The notes under the pieces are model-generated. The model was given only the letters and a program-made list of their open reading frames with translations, was not told where the DNA came from and ran no database searches. The position numbers and the translations under genes were made by a program. Below, piece after piece: positions 61,855-64,000 of a DNA stretch of 64,000 bases; the stretch's first letter is position 1, and every line of letters starts with the position of its first letter. This stretch comes from Balamuthia mandrillaris (Eukaryota), in NCBI GenBank assembly GCA_031835245.2, contig JAVKOQ020000062.1:124001-188000 (forward strand), written 5' to 3'.

Positions 61855-63718
61855 AGAGAAACGGACCTTAAGATGCAATAATGGCCAACACGAACGTTCT
61901 TTAATCGACAAAACTCTATAACGGAATGGGAGGCTACAACGACAGAGTTTAGTTCCGGAGAGAGGATGCTGTTGAGGATGCAACATTTGGGAGAAATGGA
62001 AGAGGAAAAAGGAGACGTGGTAAGGTCATGCGAGTTGCAAACAAATCTACCGAATCCCAAAAGAGGCAGGTCGTTGCAGTAATGTTCTATAGCTATAGAA
62101 TGAGAACATAAACGGCAAATATAACAGAACCAAAAAGAACAAACCTAAGTATTCGCTACAAGTGCCTATGTGCATAAACAGAGAAGGAACAAATGGAATC
62201 ACGTTCAAAGGTTTGTCTTTAAGCAAATGGAACAAAGCCGATCGCAATGAATGTAACGTTGATGTAATTGTCACCACGTTTTTTGCTTTTTGCAGGTACT
62301 CATCGTTTGCCATTGGACCTAATGGCTTAATCACAGAGGGGGAGAGTGTGTGTGTTGGTAAAATAAGAACAAAAGAAACCGAAAGGAGAAAAAAAAAGAG
62401 CTACTAACTTGAAGAAAGTCGCCATATGCATCAATTTCACAGGTTATAGGTTCGTTTTCTTTGTAGAACTATAACAAAGAAACGACAAGAAAGAATGAAA
62501 CAGCGCGAGACAACAAGAAAGAAAAGGAAGAAAGGAAGCAAGAAACGACAAGAAAGAATGAAACAGCACGAGACGACAAGAAAGAAAAGAACATATGGTA
62601 AGAAATCAAGGAAGATAGAAATGTGAGGAAAGAAGTTTCACAAAATACCCTCAGTAACGTTTTTGCCATCTCTCTGTCAAAAAAGAAGTTGCTATCAACA
62701 AATATCTGTGTAATGTGTTTTGAGTTGTTGTTGTATTGCAAATTGAAAGGAGAGAGTAAGAGAGAAAGAGAGGCGTAGCCTACGTGTGGTAGTTTGTTTT
62801 TTGAACCGGTGATTATGGCACCTGCGTTTTCCATTTCTTCTATAGATGGCTTATGAAGAAATCTGGAACACCCACATTGAAACGATCCATCTCCTTCACC
62901 TTCTTGCTCAGGTGATACTTCTTCCAGCACGAACACTCCATGATTGAGTCCTATCTCGGGAGAAGCTGGGTGTGCCATGCTGGTAAAACCTTCGCGCTGA
63001 AAGCTGGAACCTAGTGCATTGTATAGAGTGTTGAGAAGAAAGAAGGCTAACAGAAGAGATTTCAAAAATAGAAGAAGAAGAAGAAGAAGAAGAAGAAGAA
63101 GAAGAAGAACAAGAAGAAGAACAAGAAGAAGAAGAAGAAGAACAAGAAGAAGAAGAAGAAGAAGAAGAAGAAGAAGAAGAAGAAGAAGAAGAAGAAGAAG
63201 AAGAAGAAGAAGAAGAAGAAGAAGAACAAGAAGAAGAAGAAGAAGAACGAAGAAGAAGAAGAAGAAGAAGAAGAAGAAGAAGAAGAAGAAGAACAAGAAG
63301 AAGAAGAAGAAGAACGAAGAAGAACAACAAGAAGAAGAAGAAGAAGAAGAAGAAGAAGAAGAAGAAGAAGAAGAAGGTGTCGCTACGAGCAAACGACTAG
63401 AAGGAAATACAAACGTTCAGAGTCAAACAACTCAATGTCATCAGCGCAGGAGATGAATACACCAGCATTCATACGCTTGGGAAAATCGATCAGCAAAATA
63501 AGTTTCAACTCCAGCATCGTGCAAGCTTCCGCTTGCGCTTGATGATGTGCCAAAGGCACAGTAGCAAAGATCTTTCCGGTAGCACTGTGGTTGGGTAGTC
63601 TAGTACTGTATCCTCCCGCATGAATGAGTAACACCTTGCCTGTGTTTATTTGATGAGAAATAGAACTTCAGAACGAGAAGCCAGAGAACGAGAGAAACGC
63701 ACGTAGAAAGGAACAAAT

Positions 63719-63769
<51 letters not shown>

Positions 63770-64000
63770 GGGAGAGTACTAGGAGCGAACATGTATCCAT
63801 GCAATGCGAGCCATACGTTTGTTCCAGAAAGTCCAGCACAAAGAGGGTTGATCCGCCACAGCCGATCTTCGGACCGGTTGGGTCAGCCACTACATGATAA
63901 CTTGCGTCATCGTTTTTGTTGTTGTTAAAGTTTTTACAGCGTAGAGTTGAGCGACCTTTGCAAAACAATAACAGAAAAAGACATGATGAAATCGTACTCG
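61217..64000 (-). CDS. FPGT: Fucose-1-phosphate guanylyltransferase (GDP-fucose salvage), 5' end outside the window
   Basis: YHVVADPTGPKIGCGGSTL, VLLIHAGGYSTRLPNHSATGKIF, GVFISCADDIE, FTSMAHP..IGLNHGVFVL, RFLHKPS, CEIDAYGDFF, FMHIGTCSEYL and SLWNARLF. Confidence 0.9.

Overview
Gene-dense, intron-rich eukaryotic DNA. Short spliceosomal introns padded with (GAA)n/(GAACAA)n/(GA)n/(TCTCTG)n tracts, and the gene repertoire, suggest a free-living amoebozoan (Acanthamoeba/Balamuthia-like); the taxon is an inference. About 25 protein genes and one tRNA-Ser(TGA) can be read by joining exons by eye: UIM-OTU deubiquitinase, LURP1/LOR protein, secreted catalase-like protein, atypical thioredoxin membrane protein, EEF2KMT/FAM86, kelch-like surface protein, penta-EF-hand protein, a B-box/GTPase/RING/non-RD kinase, PtpB-like phosphatase, GT8, 2-Cys peroxiredoxin, Pmp3, CCR4/PDE12-like nuclease, P3A H+-ATPase, a Cys-rich CaaX microprotein, a C2H2 membrane protein, insulysin, SPCS3, a WCSWC zinc-repeat protein, a DUF898-like protein, a GRAM-GRAM-TBC-EF RabGAP, an F-box RasGEF, a multi-TM protein and FPGT. 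The most notable observations are: an unexplained ~350-nt highly structured intergenic element (36225-36577, candidate ncRNA); a tRNA-sized Pol III-like element (33734-33812); two frame-required U12-type AT-AC introns and three GC-AG introns; the multidomain GTPase-RING-kinase; and recurrent TGTCGACA and TGACGT motifs in promoter regions. Exon boundaries were read manually and CDS coordinates span introns.
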